64,000 nucleotides of DNA from a virus (taxonomy: Duplodnaviria; Caudoviricetes). Below the pieces are notes generated by a model. That model was not told the origin of the DNA. It saw nothing but the letters and a program-made list of their open reading frames with translations, and searched no databases. A program made the translations under genes and the position numbers. This document shows, piece after piece, positions 36,398-46,000 of this stretch. The stretch is taken from the IMG/VR virus record IMGVR_UViG_3300044898_000031, positions 1-64,000 of that record. One strand, 5' to 3'. How positions within the stretch are numbered: the first letter of the stretch is position 1; every line of letters begins with the position of its first letter.

Positions 36398-36515
36398 ACA
36401 ACCCTCCCTCACCCCATTCTACATTTTATGCGAATTACTCATTATATCAATGCTTAGTTGCGCTATATTTGTATTAACTTATTCAAATTATTAACTTTAA
36501 AACAAAACAAACATT

Positions 36516-37034
36516 ATGAGCTTTGGAACATGGATAACTAAGGTTATCAACTCAATCGGAAACTTTGTATCAGGCGCAGTAAAAGCCGCACCTACAGTAA
36601 TTGTAAATGTAGAACACGCGCTTGAAACAGCGGCACAGGTATCAAGCAATCTTGTGAATGCTTTAAAATCATGGATTGCCACACCAACAGGCACTTTGGT
36701 GAAAGACGTTATTGAAACCGTAGTACCTGCCCAATGGATAGAGGGAGTGCTTAACTTTTTGCCAACTATTTTACAGGATTTAGGATGGGCGCAGGCAGAG
36801 TTTAATAAGTCCCCTGCACAAATCGTTCAGGACGGCATTACATACGCTACAAGCTCATCAAATCCAAATGTGGTAGCAACTAACCTTGCAACGCTTGCTG
36901 CTCATATAAACACGCATATTGGCTCTGTACAGGGTGTAGATATTCCCATTCAGGCATCATTATCTCAGGCTCACGTTGTTTATTTAGGATTACCCGGGGC
37001 TGATACTACGGTACAGGATACCCCAAACGCATAA
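36516..37034 (+). CDS. Amphipathic-helix protein in own transcription unit (moron-like)
   Basis: TATATTTG at 36464-36471; terminator downstream. Confidence 0.7.
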   Translation: MSFGTWITKVINSIGNFVSGAVKAAPTVIVNVEHALETAAQVSSNLVNALKSWIATPTGTLVKDVIETVVPAQWIEGVLNFLPTILQDLGWAQAEFNKSPAQIVQDGITYATSSSNPNVVATNLATLAAHINTHIGSVQGVDIPIQASLSQAHVVYLGLPGADTTVQDTPNA

Positions 37035-37108
37035 GCCAGTGGTATATACGGGCATAGAACTGGATTAAAAAGAAACTACATGTGATGTAGTGTTAATTGT
37101 GGTTAGTA

Positions 37109-37135
37109 AGCCGGGTTTGGTCGCCCGGCTTTTTT
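37109..37135 (+). terminator. Intrinsic terminator
   Basis: AGCCGGG-loop-CCCGGCT-TTTTT. Confidence 0.85.
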
Positions 37136-37321
37136 AAACTTTAAAATTATGATTGAAAACCCGCCGATGGAGTCCTTAATCTATTTTTTCAACTATCACA
37201 AAAACTTAGCTAAAGAAGCCTTTGTAATATATAATGATATGGCAGATGCTTATTTTATTCATGATTACCACATGGAACAGGCTGAAAAGTACGAGAAGGA
37301 AATTTTGAAGCAATTGTAAAC

Positions 37322-37357
37322 AAAAAAAGCAGAGTAAGCCTCGCGCTCCCCTGCTTT
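37322..37357 (-). terminator. Terminator ending the late operon
   Basis: AAAGCAG...CTGCTTT plus T7 on minus strand. Confidence 0.65.
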
Positions 37358-37380
37358 TACATCTGCTTATGAAAAAAAAA

Positions 37381-37665
37381 TTATGAATTAATCCTTATAC
37401 CCCAAAAGTCTTCTGCCTTTTGCAATATCAATACCAATACTCCCATGTATTCCAATATCTGCTTTTTAGCATCTTCGGGTATTTCAGATATGCCATTTGC
37501 AACCAGTCCTACAACGATTGTAAAGAACGTTATCATTTTAAATATGGCTTTTATCTTATCGGGTGTAGGTAAGCTGAGTGCGCTTATGCCAACTACTGTT
37601 TTTGTATCGGATACATCCGATACTACTGGCTGCTGCGCTATTACTGGTTCGTTTTGATCTGCCAT
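37381..37665 (-). CDS. Putative holin (2 TM)
   Basis: Two hydrophobic segments; immediately downstream of lysozyme. Confidence 0.6.
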   Translation of the reverse strand: MADQNEPVIAQQPVVSDVSDTKTVVGISALSLPTPDKIKAIFKMITFFTIVVGLVANGISEIPEDAKKQILEYMGVLVLILQKAEDFWGIRINS

Positions 37666-37677
37666 TTGTGATAATTT

Positions 37678-38124
37678 TTAACTAATATACAAATTATATT
37701 CTGCCTTTCTCCTGTCAACCAAGTCCTGCAATATCTTACCATCTGCCTTGTTCCATGCATACCATGCTTTTTGCAAATCGCCCTGTTGTCCGTTGATGAT
37801 CTTAAGCAGCGTTGAACTCCGAAACCCGGAAGTTCCGATATTGTATACTAAACTAAACAATGCATCAAACTGATTTTGTTTAAGTATTGGCTTTGTCCAG
37901 TAAGCCACTGCATGGGAGTATTGTCCGGAAGTATTATTGAATAGTTCACGGGCGCGTTCTATGGTTATTGGCGGGTCGGTTATCTTTACATGTTCTCCAT
38001 TTTCGTAATACGTAGACCCGTAGCCGATAGTAGGTATGCCAACTTGGTCAAGGTATGGGTGTAGTACAAGCCCTTCTTGTTGTTTAATGAAGTTAAATCC
38101 TGCTTCGCTTAAAGTCGTTATCAT
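37678..38124 (-). CDS. Endolysin, GH24 lysozyme
   Basis: EGLVLHPYLDQVGIPTIGYG; QNQFDALFSLVYNIG; RRKAE. Confidence 0.93.
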   Translation of the reverse strand: MITTLSEAGFNFIKQQEGLVLHPYLDQVGIPTIGYGSTYYENGEHVKITDPPITIERARELFNNTSGQYSHAVAYWTKPILKQNQFDALFSLVYNIGTSGFRSSTLLKIINGQQGDLQKAWYAWNKADGKILQDLVDRRKAEYNLYIS

Positions 38125-38330
38125 GCCGCTAATTCAAATTGTAACTCTTTATATTCTTTTTTCTTTTTCCAATTAACTTTCATCTTTTCCGCATGGCAGC
38201 ACCAACATGAACAAGGTTTGCCATGCGACCTAAAGCAGTAAAATTTGCCAACTGTATTAGTCAATCCATAATTTTTTAACCGCTTTTTATACTTCAGCAT
38301 TTTCAATTCATGCCGTCTTGCTTTGTTCAT
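38121..38330 (-). CDS. Small basic protein with HGKPCSCWCC motif
   Basis: ATGA-coupled to lysozyme. Confidence 0.6.
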   Translation of the reverse strand: MNKARRHELKMLKYKKRLKNYGLTNTVGKFYCFRSHGKPCSCWCCHAEKMKVNWKKKKEYKELQFELAA

Positions 38331-38433
38331 CTATTCGCCATTATAATCTTTACATTAAAAAATATCGCTACTAAAATAATGTAGTACCAAGAAAAGTTGT
38401 GGATGGCAAGCCGTCTAAACTTGTGATCATTAT

Positions 38434-38517
38434 TTATTTATTTATTTTCATCATTGATGCACCCCATATGACCAGACCTAAAAGCGCTATAGCGAATACT
38501 ATGAAGTTAATGCTCAT
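38434..38517 (-). CDS. 27-aa single-TM peptide
   Basis: MSINFIVFAIALLGLVIWGASMMKINK. Confidence 0.3.
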   Translation of the reverse strand: MSINFIVFAIALLGLVIWGASMMKINK

Positions 38518-38518
38518 T

Positions 38519-38614
38519 TTATGCAATAATAAATAAAAAGATAGATATTATTAACAGGGCTGAAACAGCTAACCCAACATACCAGTCATCTGCCTTTTCC
38601 TTATTTAATTTCAT
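38519..38614 (-). CDS. 31-aa single-TM peptide
   Basis: MKLNKEKADDWYVGLAVSALLIISIFLFIIA. Confidence 0.3.
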   Translation of the reverse strand: MKLNKEKADDWYVGLAVSALLIISIFLFIIA

Positions 38615-38644
38615 GCATTAAATATAATAAGATTATTTTCAAAT

Positions 38645-38674
38645 AAAAAACCCCAACGCTCGCCGTCAGGATTT
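38645..38674 (-). terminator. Intrinsic terminator
   Basis: AAAATCCTGA...TTGGGGTTTTTT. Confidence 0.5.
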
Positions 38675-38731
38675 TCATCTACCTATCTTATTACCAATTA
38701 AAGCTACCGCATGATACGGCCTGCTGTGAAG

Positions 38732-40582
38732 TCAATAAACAATAATACCAAACTTACCGTCGATAATCACAAAGTGACTCTGCGCAGCAGGGCTTACGGC
38801 AAAAGTGATTGTATAATGCGAACTGCCACCCGTATTGGTTGCTGTAATCGTTACTGCTGTAGGGCTGTACACCGCAGTCGGCAAGCCCGATATAACACCT
38901 GTAGCGGCGTTTAAAGATAACCCCTGCGGTAATGCGACATCACTCGTATAGGATGTTGGGATACCACCCGTATTCGTTGGTGTCAGGGCAGTTATCCCCT
39001 GATTCTGAATATAAGCCACCATAGAAAGCGGGTAAGTGATATTTGGGGCAACTACCGGGATGGCATTTACTTTGATCGTTATAGGTACGCTACTGCTTCC
39101 TCCTCCATTTGTTGCGGTCGCTGTATAGGTAGTTAGCGGAGAGCTTGCCAGTGGAATACCTAATATTGTCCCATTAGCGAATATAAGCCCCGCAGAGAGA
39201 GCCGGCGAAATTGACCATGAAGTAACCGCACCACCTGTATTCGATGGATTTAAGGGGGTTATAGCCGTCCCTACTGTTGCGGTGAGCGTGTTGGGGGAAT
39301 AGGATATATTAGGAGGGACTATAACCGGAGCTTTAACAACAATTGTTAAAGGCACACTACTCGTACCGCCTGAGTTATGCGCCACCACAGTATAGGTAGC
39401 CGACACGGTGACAGCACCGGGTATCCCGCTAATAATCCCCGTTGTGCTATTGATGCTTAACCCCGAAGGGAGTGCAGGCGATACGGTGTAGTTTACGATT
39501 GCCCCGCCAAAGCTATTGGACACAATGCTTACTATCGGTAAGCCTACCGTAAACGAATAAGAGGTAGGGGAATAACTAATACTCGGCGGCGCGACTACAG
39601 GGGTGCATGCAGGCCATAGCGGGTTAGGCAGGATGGATGCGTTTAACGCAGTACTGGTGGTATTACTTGCCCAACCAGTAGGCGAGAAAGCCGTACTGGG
39701 GTCAAACCAGTAGTTAAACACGTTCCCGTTGGCTGCGTTACAGCGAACGTTATTGAACGCCATGGTAATATTATTTGACGGTTGTCCGGAATAATTACCA
39801 AATGCGATGCCTACTGAAGTGTAAGATGTTTGTGCTAAATAACCTGTGTTATAACTCATTTCAATAAACGTACCACCTTGCACCTGTGCGCACACACTGC
39901 CACAGTTCACAAATGTATTACTATCGCATCGTTGATATGAACCACCAACGTCCCCTCCAACCATGCCAACATAGCCTGTTCCCGGTGGATTATTAGAACC
40001 ATTTAAGCATTGATTTCTACAAGCCCGTATAGGACTTGCGGGAGTTCCATTACATTTATACAAAGAAAATTGGTCGCCTATTCCCGGGCCGCTCACGTCA
40101 TGATAGGATTTATTATCTAAAATCTGAATTGATGGCCCATTACACCCATTCAATTGAACCGAACTACCCCCTCCATCACTTGATGATGCTGTAACATTTG
40201 GATCAATAATATTATGGAAATAATTATACCAAATATGAATATTACTTGTATTACCTGTCGTTCCATTTATTCCACGCCAACCGGACTCAAAGAAACAAGT
40301 GTCTATTGTGATATTGTAACATCCTGAATTTATCCTTATCAACCCTGATAAAGCCGTACTATTTTTAATGATACATTTAGTAATGTGTACATCATGAACT
40401 CCCGCAGGAATGTTTATACCCACTGTAGCTGTGCCACCGAGGTCAATTGATTTTCCTGAAATAGTTGTGTTTGATGTTGCTGTGATTGCGCCGCTTGAGG
40501 TAAATGTTCCGCAACCGGGGACGGCTTGCGCCAAAGAGAACAAAGGTAAAATTGTGAGAAAGAACAGGATCAATCGTTTCAT
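38732..40582 (-). CDS. Secreted right-handed beta-helix protein with three putative Ig (He_PIG-like) domains
   Basis: MKRLILFFLTILPLFSLA|Q; N/G-rich parallel beta-helix; three ALP.GL....TG.ISG.P repeats. Confidence 0.8.
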   Translation of the reverse strand: MKRLILFFLTILPLFSLAQAVPGCGTFTSSGAITATSNTTISGKSIDLGGTATVGINIPAGVHDVHITKCIIKNSTALSGLIRINSGCYNITIDTCFFESGWRGINGTTGNTSNIHIWYNYFHNIIDPNVTASSSDGGGSSVQLNGCNGPSIQILDNKSYHDVSGPGIGDQFSLYKCNGTPASPIRACRNQCLNGSNNPPGTGYVGMVGGDVGGSYQRCDSNTFVNCGSVCAQVQGGTFIEMSYNTGYLAQTSYTSVGIAFGNYSGQPSNNITMAFNNVRCNAANGNVFNYWFDPSTAFSPTGWASNTTSTALNASILPNPLWPACTPVVAPPSISYSPTSYSFTVGLPIVSIVSNSFGGAIVNYTVSPALPSGLSINSTTGIISGIPGAVTVSATYTVVAHNSGGTSSVPLTIVVKAPVIVPPNISYSPNTLTATVGTAITPLNPSNTGGAVTSWSISPALSAGLIFANGTILGIPLASSPLTTYTATATNGGGSSSVPITIKVNAIPVVAPNITYPLSMVAYIQNQGITALTPTNTGGIPTSYTSDVALPQGLSLNAATGVISGLPTAVYSPTAVTITATNTGGSSHYTITFAVSPAAQSHFVIIDGKFGIIVY

Positions 40583-40619
40583 AATTGTAAATTAATTTAT
40601 GCAACTAATTTACAATTAT
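40581..40619. promoter_or_regulatory. 14-bp perfect inverted repeat over start codon
   Basis: ATAATTGTAAATTA-N11-TAATTTACAATTAT. Confidence 0.6.
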
Positions 40620-40637
40620 TTATGAAAATAAAAATGA

Positions 40638-40919
40638 TTAAAACCTGTTATGAAAGCGGATATATTTCCAAAGGTATAGCATAACAATACACATCGGCAG
40701 GTTAAGAATTAATATCCGGATAAGAGCCGTTGCGTTCGGGGGCCATATCAAAAAGAAAATACCAGCGCCACCGTATACCCAGATTTTACAAACAAATAAG
40801 GCAATCAGCAACTTGCGTAACATCCCATTTTTAGAGCGGTAAAACTCGTATGCTATCCCGACCGACATCAGGCAGATAACAAGCATTACTATTTCAATTG
40901 CGATAAGGTTAAGGTTCAT
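40638..40919 (-). CDS. 3-TM membrane protein
   Basis: Hydropathy by eye; ATGA coupling. Confidence 0.7.
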   Translation of the reverse strand: MNLNLIAIEIVMLVICLMSVGIAYEFYRSKNGMLRKLLIALFVCKIWVYGGAGIFFLIWPPNATALIRILILNLPMCIVMLYLWKYIRFHNRF

Positions 40920-41173
40920 TTTCTGTTTTCTAACATGGTTTTTACTGCTGTTAACACATTGGTGTTATTGTTGGTTACTCTATTGCTTTCCTCAAATTGT
41001 CTTTCTATGGTCTTTTTCCAATCTGTGCGTTCATCTCTATGCTGCCGCTCCAGTTCTTCACGCTCCCGCTTATGGTCTTGAATAACGTCCTTGATGAACT
41101 TAACGCACCATCCTATAGCTCCTATAGCGATTGCTGCAATTACACCGGGGATGCCATACTTATCTAAATCCAT
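40916..41173 (-). CDS. Single-TM coiled-coil protein (BhlA/holin-like)
   Basis: YGIPGVIAAIAIGAIGW then charged helix. Confidence 0.65.
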   Translation of the reverse strand: MDLDKYGIPGVIAAIAIGAIGWCVKFIKDVIQDHKREREELERQHRDERTDWKKTIERQFEESNRVTNNNTNVLTAVKTMLENRK

Positions 41174-41229
41174 CCGAACTTTATTTTTGCTTCAATTATT
41201 ACAGTTGCTGACAAGTATTTTCATTTGAT

Positions 41230-41529
41230 TTATCTTTTCATATCCCTATAAATATCTGTAATTTGTTTTCTGATGCCTTTCTGTTCATCCCTTAAATCCT
41301 TGATGTCATCTCTGATATTAGAGATTGCTAAAGTAACAGATTCGTTTACTACGCTTTTTATAAACTCCTCTTTCTCTAACCTTAATAATCTATTGGCCTC
41401 TGTTTTTTGCTGCTTAAGGTATTTAAAATACTGGTCAACGCCCCAGCCAAAGCCAAACACGCCGCTTACGCAAGCGGTAATCCATTTAAATAAAGCGATC
41501 CAATCCGGTTCAGGTGGTGGTATTGCCAT
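41230..41529 (-). CDS. Single-TM coiled-coil protein (holin-like; start revised)
   Basis: WIALFKWITACVSGVFGFGW then charged helix. Confidence 0.6.
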   Translation of the reverse strand: MAIPPPEPDWIALFKWITACVSGVFGFGWGVDQYFKYLKQQKTEANRLLRLEKEEFIKSVVNESVTLAISNIRDDIKDLRDEQKGIRKQITDIYRDMKR

Positions 41530-41536
41530 TTTGTTT

Positions 41537-41974
41537 TTAATCTGATAGTAAGTCATGTCTTGATCCGCTTATTAGTATTAACAGGGTTACAATAAACGTA
41601 CCGATATTTAAAGCTAAAAAATAAACATAAGGGTCACTAATTTTGCCGAAATAAACTCCTGTAATCAGGACGTAAGTTAAAACAATGGCTACTTTAAAGC
41701 AATTTAATATTTGCCTTTGAATAAAATGCCTTACGCCCATAAACTCAAAAATAAAAACAGAGCTAATGCCTAACCCCATAATCGCATTACGCCACTTATC
41801 TTTAAACCAGATACACTCCATCATGTCCATTTTAACAGTGGCAAGTATATAGTAAAAACGAGTTATGCTTACAGAAAATATCAGCAGGCACAAGCAGGTA
41901 ACCCCGGTTAAGGAGAATACATTCTTGCCTATCTTTATTATCCAGTCAATAAGTGATCCTATAAAAAGTTTCAT
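41537..41974 (-). CDS. 4-5 TM membrane protein (start revised)
   Basis: Hydropathy; ATGA overlap with 66-aa peptide. Confidence 0.65.
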   Translation of the reverse strand: MKLFIGSLIDWIIKIGKNVFSLTGVTCLCLLIFSVSITRFYYILATVKMDMMECIWFKDKWRNAIMGLGISSVFIFEFMGVRHFIQRQILNCFKVAIVLTYVLITGVYFGKISDPYVYFLALNIGTFIVTLLILISGSRHDLLSD

Positions 41975-42171
41975 GCGGCGGGTATCCATACACATGCACC
42001 GTTTGAGCATACCCAATAGCCGTTAGTTGTTTTACCAGGGCCTGAACATGCCGGGTTGCATGTGGTGCTAACCTCAGGGTGAACGATACCGAATTGGTCT
42101 CTTGTAACATAGCCTGCTACGGTGGCGAATGTTTCTGGTGATAATGTTTGTAAGTAATCTTTGATTTCCAT
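41971..42171 (-). CDS. 66-aa peptide with 4-Cys C-terminus
   Basis: TTCNPACSGPGKTTNGYWVCSNGACVWIP. Confidence 0.6.
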   Translation of the reverse strand: MEIKDYLQTLSPETFATVAGYVTRDQFGIVHPEVSTTCNPACSGPGKTTNGYWVCSNGACVWIPAA

Positions 42172-42189
42172 TTTATTGTGTTTTTAAAG

Positions 42190-42564
42190 TTAATTCTGTT
42201 TTGCCAGCCGTTTAGTATTTAAAAAAATCCAGGTATATAGCTTTGTTTGTAAAGCCGTCCATTTTGAGTAAACACTTGCGGGCATATCCTTTTTCACGGT
42301 GGTTAATAGCGAACCTGATTTATCATAATACCTTAGCTCTAACTGAATGTTTATGGTGGTATCACTGGTTATGTGCGCTAATATATCTACAGAACGCACT
42401 GAATCCCCTAAGGCATTTGCGGGGATATTAACAATCTCCTGCCCGTATTTAGGCATCCAAAGCGAATCATTTAAAGTCAGGTTCTTAGACTTTACTTTAA
42501 TCATTGTTTGTGCATTTGCGCCGATAGCTGCTATCAGGAGCAAAAAGGTTAAGTATTTTTTCAT
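42190..42564 (-). CDS. Signal-peptide protein in tail-fibre cassette
   Basis: MKKYLTFLLLIAAIGANA|Q; DSL, DSV, DTT sequons. Confidence 0.75.
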   Translation of the reverse strand: MKKYLTFLLLIAAIGANAQTMIKVKSKNLTLNDSLWMPKYGQEIVNIPANALGDSVRSVDILAHITSDTTINIQLELRYYDKSGSLLTTVKKDMPASVYSKWTALQTKLYTWIFLNTKRLAKQN

Positions 42565-43004
42565 CTGTAATCTCCTAATAAAGTTATTCTTAAATTTAAT
42601 GTGCTGCCTGTTACCGTTGCCGCCGTCACCTTAACAAATATGCCTGTATTCGCAGGAACTGACGTTGCTATTGTTGCCAGTGTCGGGTACATGATACTAT
42701 TTAGCGTGTACAAGCTAGTTAAGGTTGTTGCGGGTACTATGTTATTGTAATTGGGGCTGTTAGTACCCACCGATACAATGGCAGGAACAGTAAGTACGGT
42801 AACATTACTGCTCATTATCTCACAAACAGCCAAAAGCGGATAAAACATCTCTGTCCCATTTTCGGTCGTCCCTATCTGTGTGGATGCGGAGGAAAGCAAA
42901 CTGATGTTCGTTTTAGGGAACCGCTCCAATGGCCTGTTCCCCGCGCCCTGTGCGAAAAGTAATGCGGGTGAAAGTAATAAAAATAATAAGATAAGATTTT
43001 TCAT
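42561..43004 (-). CDS. Signal-peptide beta-sandwich-like protein in tail-fibre cassette
   Basis: MKNLILLFLLLSPALLFA|Q; S/T/V-rich. Confidence 0.75.
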   Translation of the reverse strand: MKNLILLFLLLSPALLFAQGAGNRPLERFPKTNISLLSSASTQIGTTENGTEMFYPLLAVCEIMSSNVTVLTVPAIVSVGTNSPNYNNIVPATTLTSLYTLNSIMYPTLATIATSVPANTGIFVKVTAATVTGSTLNLRITLLGDYR

Positions 43005-43006
43005 AT

Positions 43007-46000
43007 TTAATAAGTAAAAAAGTTTCCGGATGAAGCAACATAATAAACCCTTATGTTGCCATAATTTGTATTGATTGTTTTACTTGATGCACCGTCAATA
43101 GTTTTACCTGAAGGTGCATTTATAGTGATATTGTTTGTTCCTGCTGTTCCAGCCTCATCTTTGATGATTTGCTGTTGCTGATCTGTCAGCGCGATTAAGG
43201 TAACGGTACGGGCGGCTGTAAGTGACGTGTACGAAATCAGGTAGTCGGTCGATAAGGCGGTGTATGCAACGTCCGAAACGGTAGTTCGGCTGTTCAGATA
43301 ATTAGTGCTGTTTACACTCACTAAGTTCTTGTTTGCGTCTGTGCCTACAAGTTTTGAAGCTGTGAGTCCGTCCAAGTGAAATGCTCCTGTTCCGATCCAT
43401 GCTGAAAAATTATTAACCCCGGTAGCCACCGCATTCCCCACGTATAACGAAGCTGTATTAGTTACCGAACCTGTTCCTACCAGTGTAATTGTGCCGAGTG
43501 GGTTAGCTACAACAGTTGCGGCCCATGGTACAGTTGTGGCTGTTCCTACCTGAAATGGTGTTGAGCCGAATATAGCGTTTGAATAAGTAGTGCCATTTGC
43601 AACAAGTGAGTTAGTATTACCGTTAAATAGAACTCTATAATTATTGGTTGCTGCACCGGCATATATAGCACCTGTTGATGTAGTTGTTGTGGTAGATGTG
43701 CCCCCGTTCGCATTAAAATTAGCTGTACCCCCTGAAGCGGTGAATATACCCTGATTACCTTGTATAAAACCTCCTATAATGCTTCCGTTTGTGGTGAAAG
43801 TCCCACTATTTGTAAGTGTTAGCGAACCTGAATTATCCAAAACCATTCTTGTAGTATATGACGGCGTACTTGATGAACCCCTTGAGGATGCCCATGTAAG
43901 TGTGGTGGTTGGTGCTGCCCCGCTTGTTACATCAGCATATTGTATCCAGTCGGCATAATTATCGGCAGCCGTTGTGGTGGTATTCCATACATGCGCACCC
44001 AAATGAAGTGATGGCGATATTTGTCTTGGTACGCCTGATGTGGATAGTGTATTATTTTGCAAGAAAAGCGCATCCGTTGGAGTAATGACGATGTTGTTTT
44101 GCTGAAAGGTATTTAACCCTGTCCATATATTGGCTGCTGTTAAGGAAACACCCTCATTGTAATCCACCCACCAGCTTGCTGCGGTTGTACCACTTGTTAA
44201 GATACACGTAAATACAGCAGATGACCCGGCAGGCATAATACGCACCGTGTTACCTCCAGATGATTGCACCGTAACCACTCCTGTACTTGAATTTTTTATA
44301 GATATGGAATAGTTAAACACCAATGTTGATGCTACAGGCAGTACGCATGTTTGTGTTGTTGTGCCTGTAAATATTGTTTTATTTGGAGAGCCTACCGTAA
44401 GGGTGGTTGTCCCGGCTGCTGTAGCTATACTTTGCCCGTTTTGAATTAGGTTGTTAATTGTTGAGTTGGCATTAGCATCACGGGAAACAATAGTACTTGC
44501 AGTGGCAGCATTGGTAGCATCGGTAGTGATCGTAACTGCTGCTGACCCATTATAAGATGAACCTCCGGATGTAAGATGTGTGTCAAATGTCAGTGCATTA
44601 AGATTTGACCCTAATGATACGCCGCTAATGGTTGAGTTGACTAAACCAGCGTTTGGTAATCCTGTAGCATTGGCAAGTGTTAATGATGCCGGAGTTCCAA
44701 ATACACCACCGTTGGGAATAGTCACCGTCCCTGTGAAAGTTGGCGAAGCGATGTTGGCCTTTAAAGTAATATTACTTGTGTTGGTAGCAATATTGGTGGT
44801 ATTGGTTGTAATCCGTCCACTCAAATTATTATAATCAGTCAACGCCCCTGCTTTGCTTTTTAAAACTGTAGTATCCGCGCTGATAGTCCTATTTGCCGAA
44901 AGGTCGCCAATGGTTTGCATACCTAATCCTGCTGTTAAAGTGCGGGTTGTTGGAACATAACCATTAAACTTGGTTTGAAGTGCTGAAAGTGAGTAACTAT
45001 TTGCTACGGTTCTGAATACTGCACTGTCGACTTTTGGTGCTGCATCGCTTCGCATGAACGTAACAGCAGAACCATTTACAGCCGAAGTCCCTGCTGTTGC
45101 TGTCGGATTAGCACCCGTAGGAACTGTAACCCCGCTTACCGCATTATCTACATACGTCTTAACTGCATTTTGAGTTGGGTATAGTGTATTGCTTGTTCCT
45201 AAAGTAGTAGTAGTTGATTTATTGGCGACTTTCTCTAACAAAGCCTCGAATGTGCTTGATATATCAATTACAGGCGTTGCACCTCCTGTAGAAGTAATTC
45301 GGTTAGTTGTTCCTGAAACAGAGGTGACACCCGATGAAATAGTCCCCTTAACACTATCTGCTTTGGCTTTGGCGGTACTGTCTGTATATGATTTGTTTAC
45401 TAAGCTGTTTCCCCAATATAAGGCATGATTAACACCCGATATTTCAATTCCATTGTGAGTAGTATTATCAATGCCCTGAATAGCCGAATGAAAACCTACG
45501 CGCGGTGTCGTCTCTATAAATATGGCAACCTGATGCGATATGTCTTTATTTTGAATAATATCAAACCTGTCATTACCAATATTTACATCGGTATAATTTG
45601 CTGAATCCCGGCTGCCTGATGGATTGTCCCCGGTTACAAAATGATAACCTGAATACGAGCCGTAATTATGAAAATCAAACAGGTTTCCGTTCAGGTCTAA
45701 ATCAAAGTTACCAGTTAGTGTACCGCCCAAGTTAACTGTACTATCCCCGATTGCTGTTGTACCGCTTCCGTCAACAATATGCGAACCGCCTCCACCGCTA
45801 CCAGTTCCCACGTTCCCACCCGCATCAACTACTAACGAAGTGCCCCCCGTTATCGCTGGCAAGTCCAGTATTGTCATGCCACCTTTTACTTTTAACGCCC
45901 CGTTAACCCCTGCGCCTGTTGCCGGGCCTGTAATATTTACGGTATAGGCTGAATCTATTGTTGCCCCGCCTATATTAATAATATGCAGTGGTTTTATTGC

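Noticed and set aside
38732-38800. T9SS C-terminal sorting domain on the beta-helix protein
   Set aside because: Only ~15 residues follow the last Ig domain, and typical CTD motifs are absent
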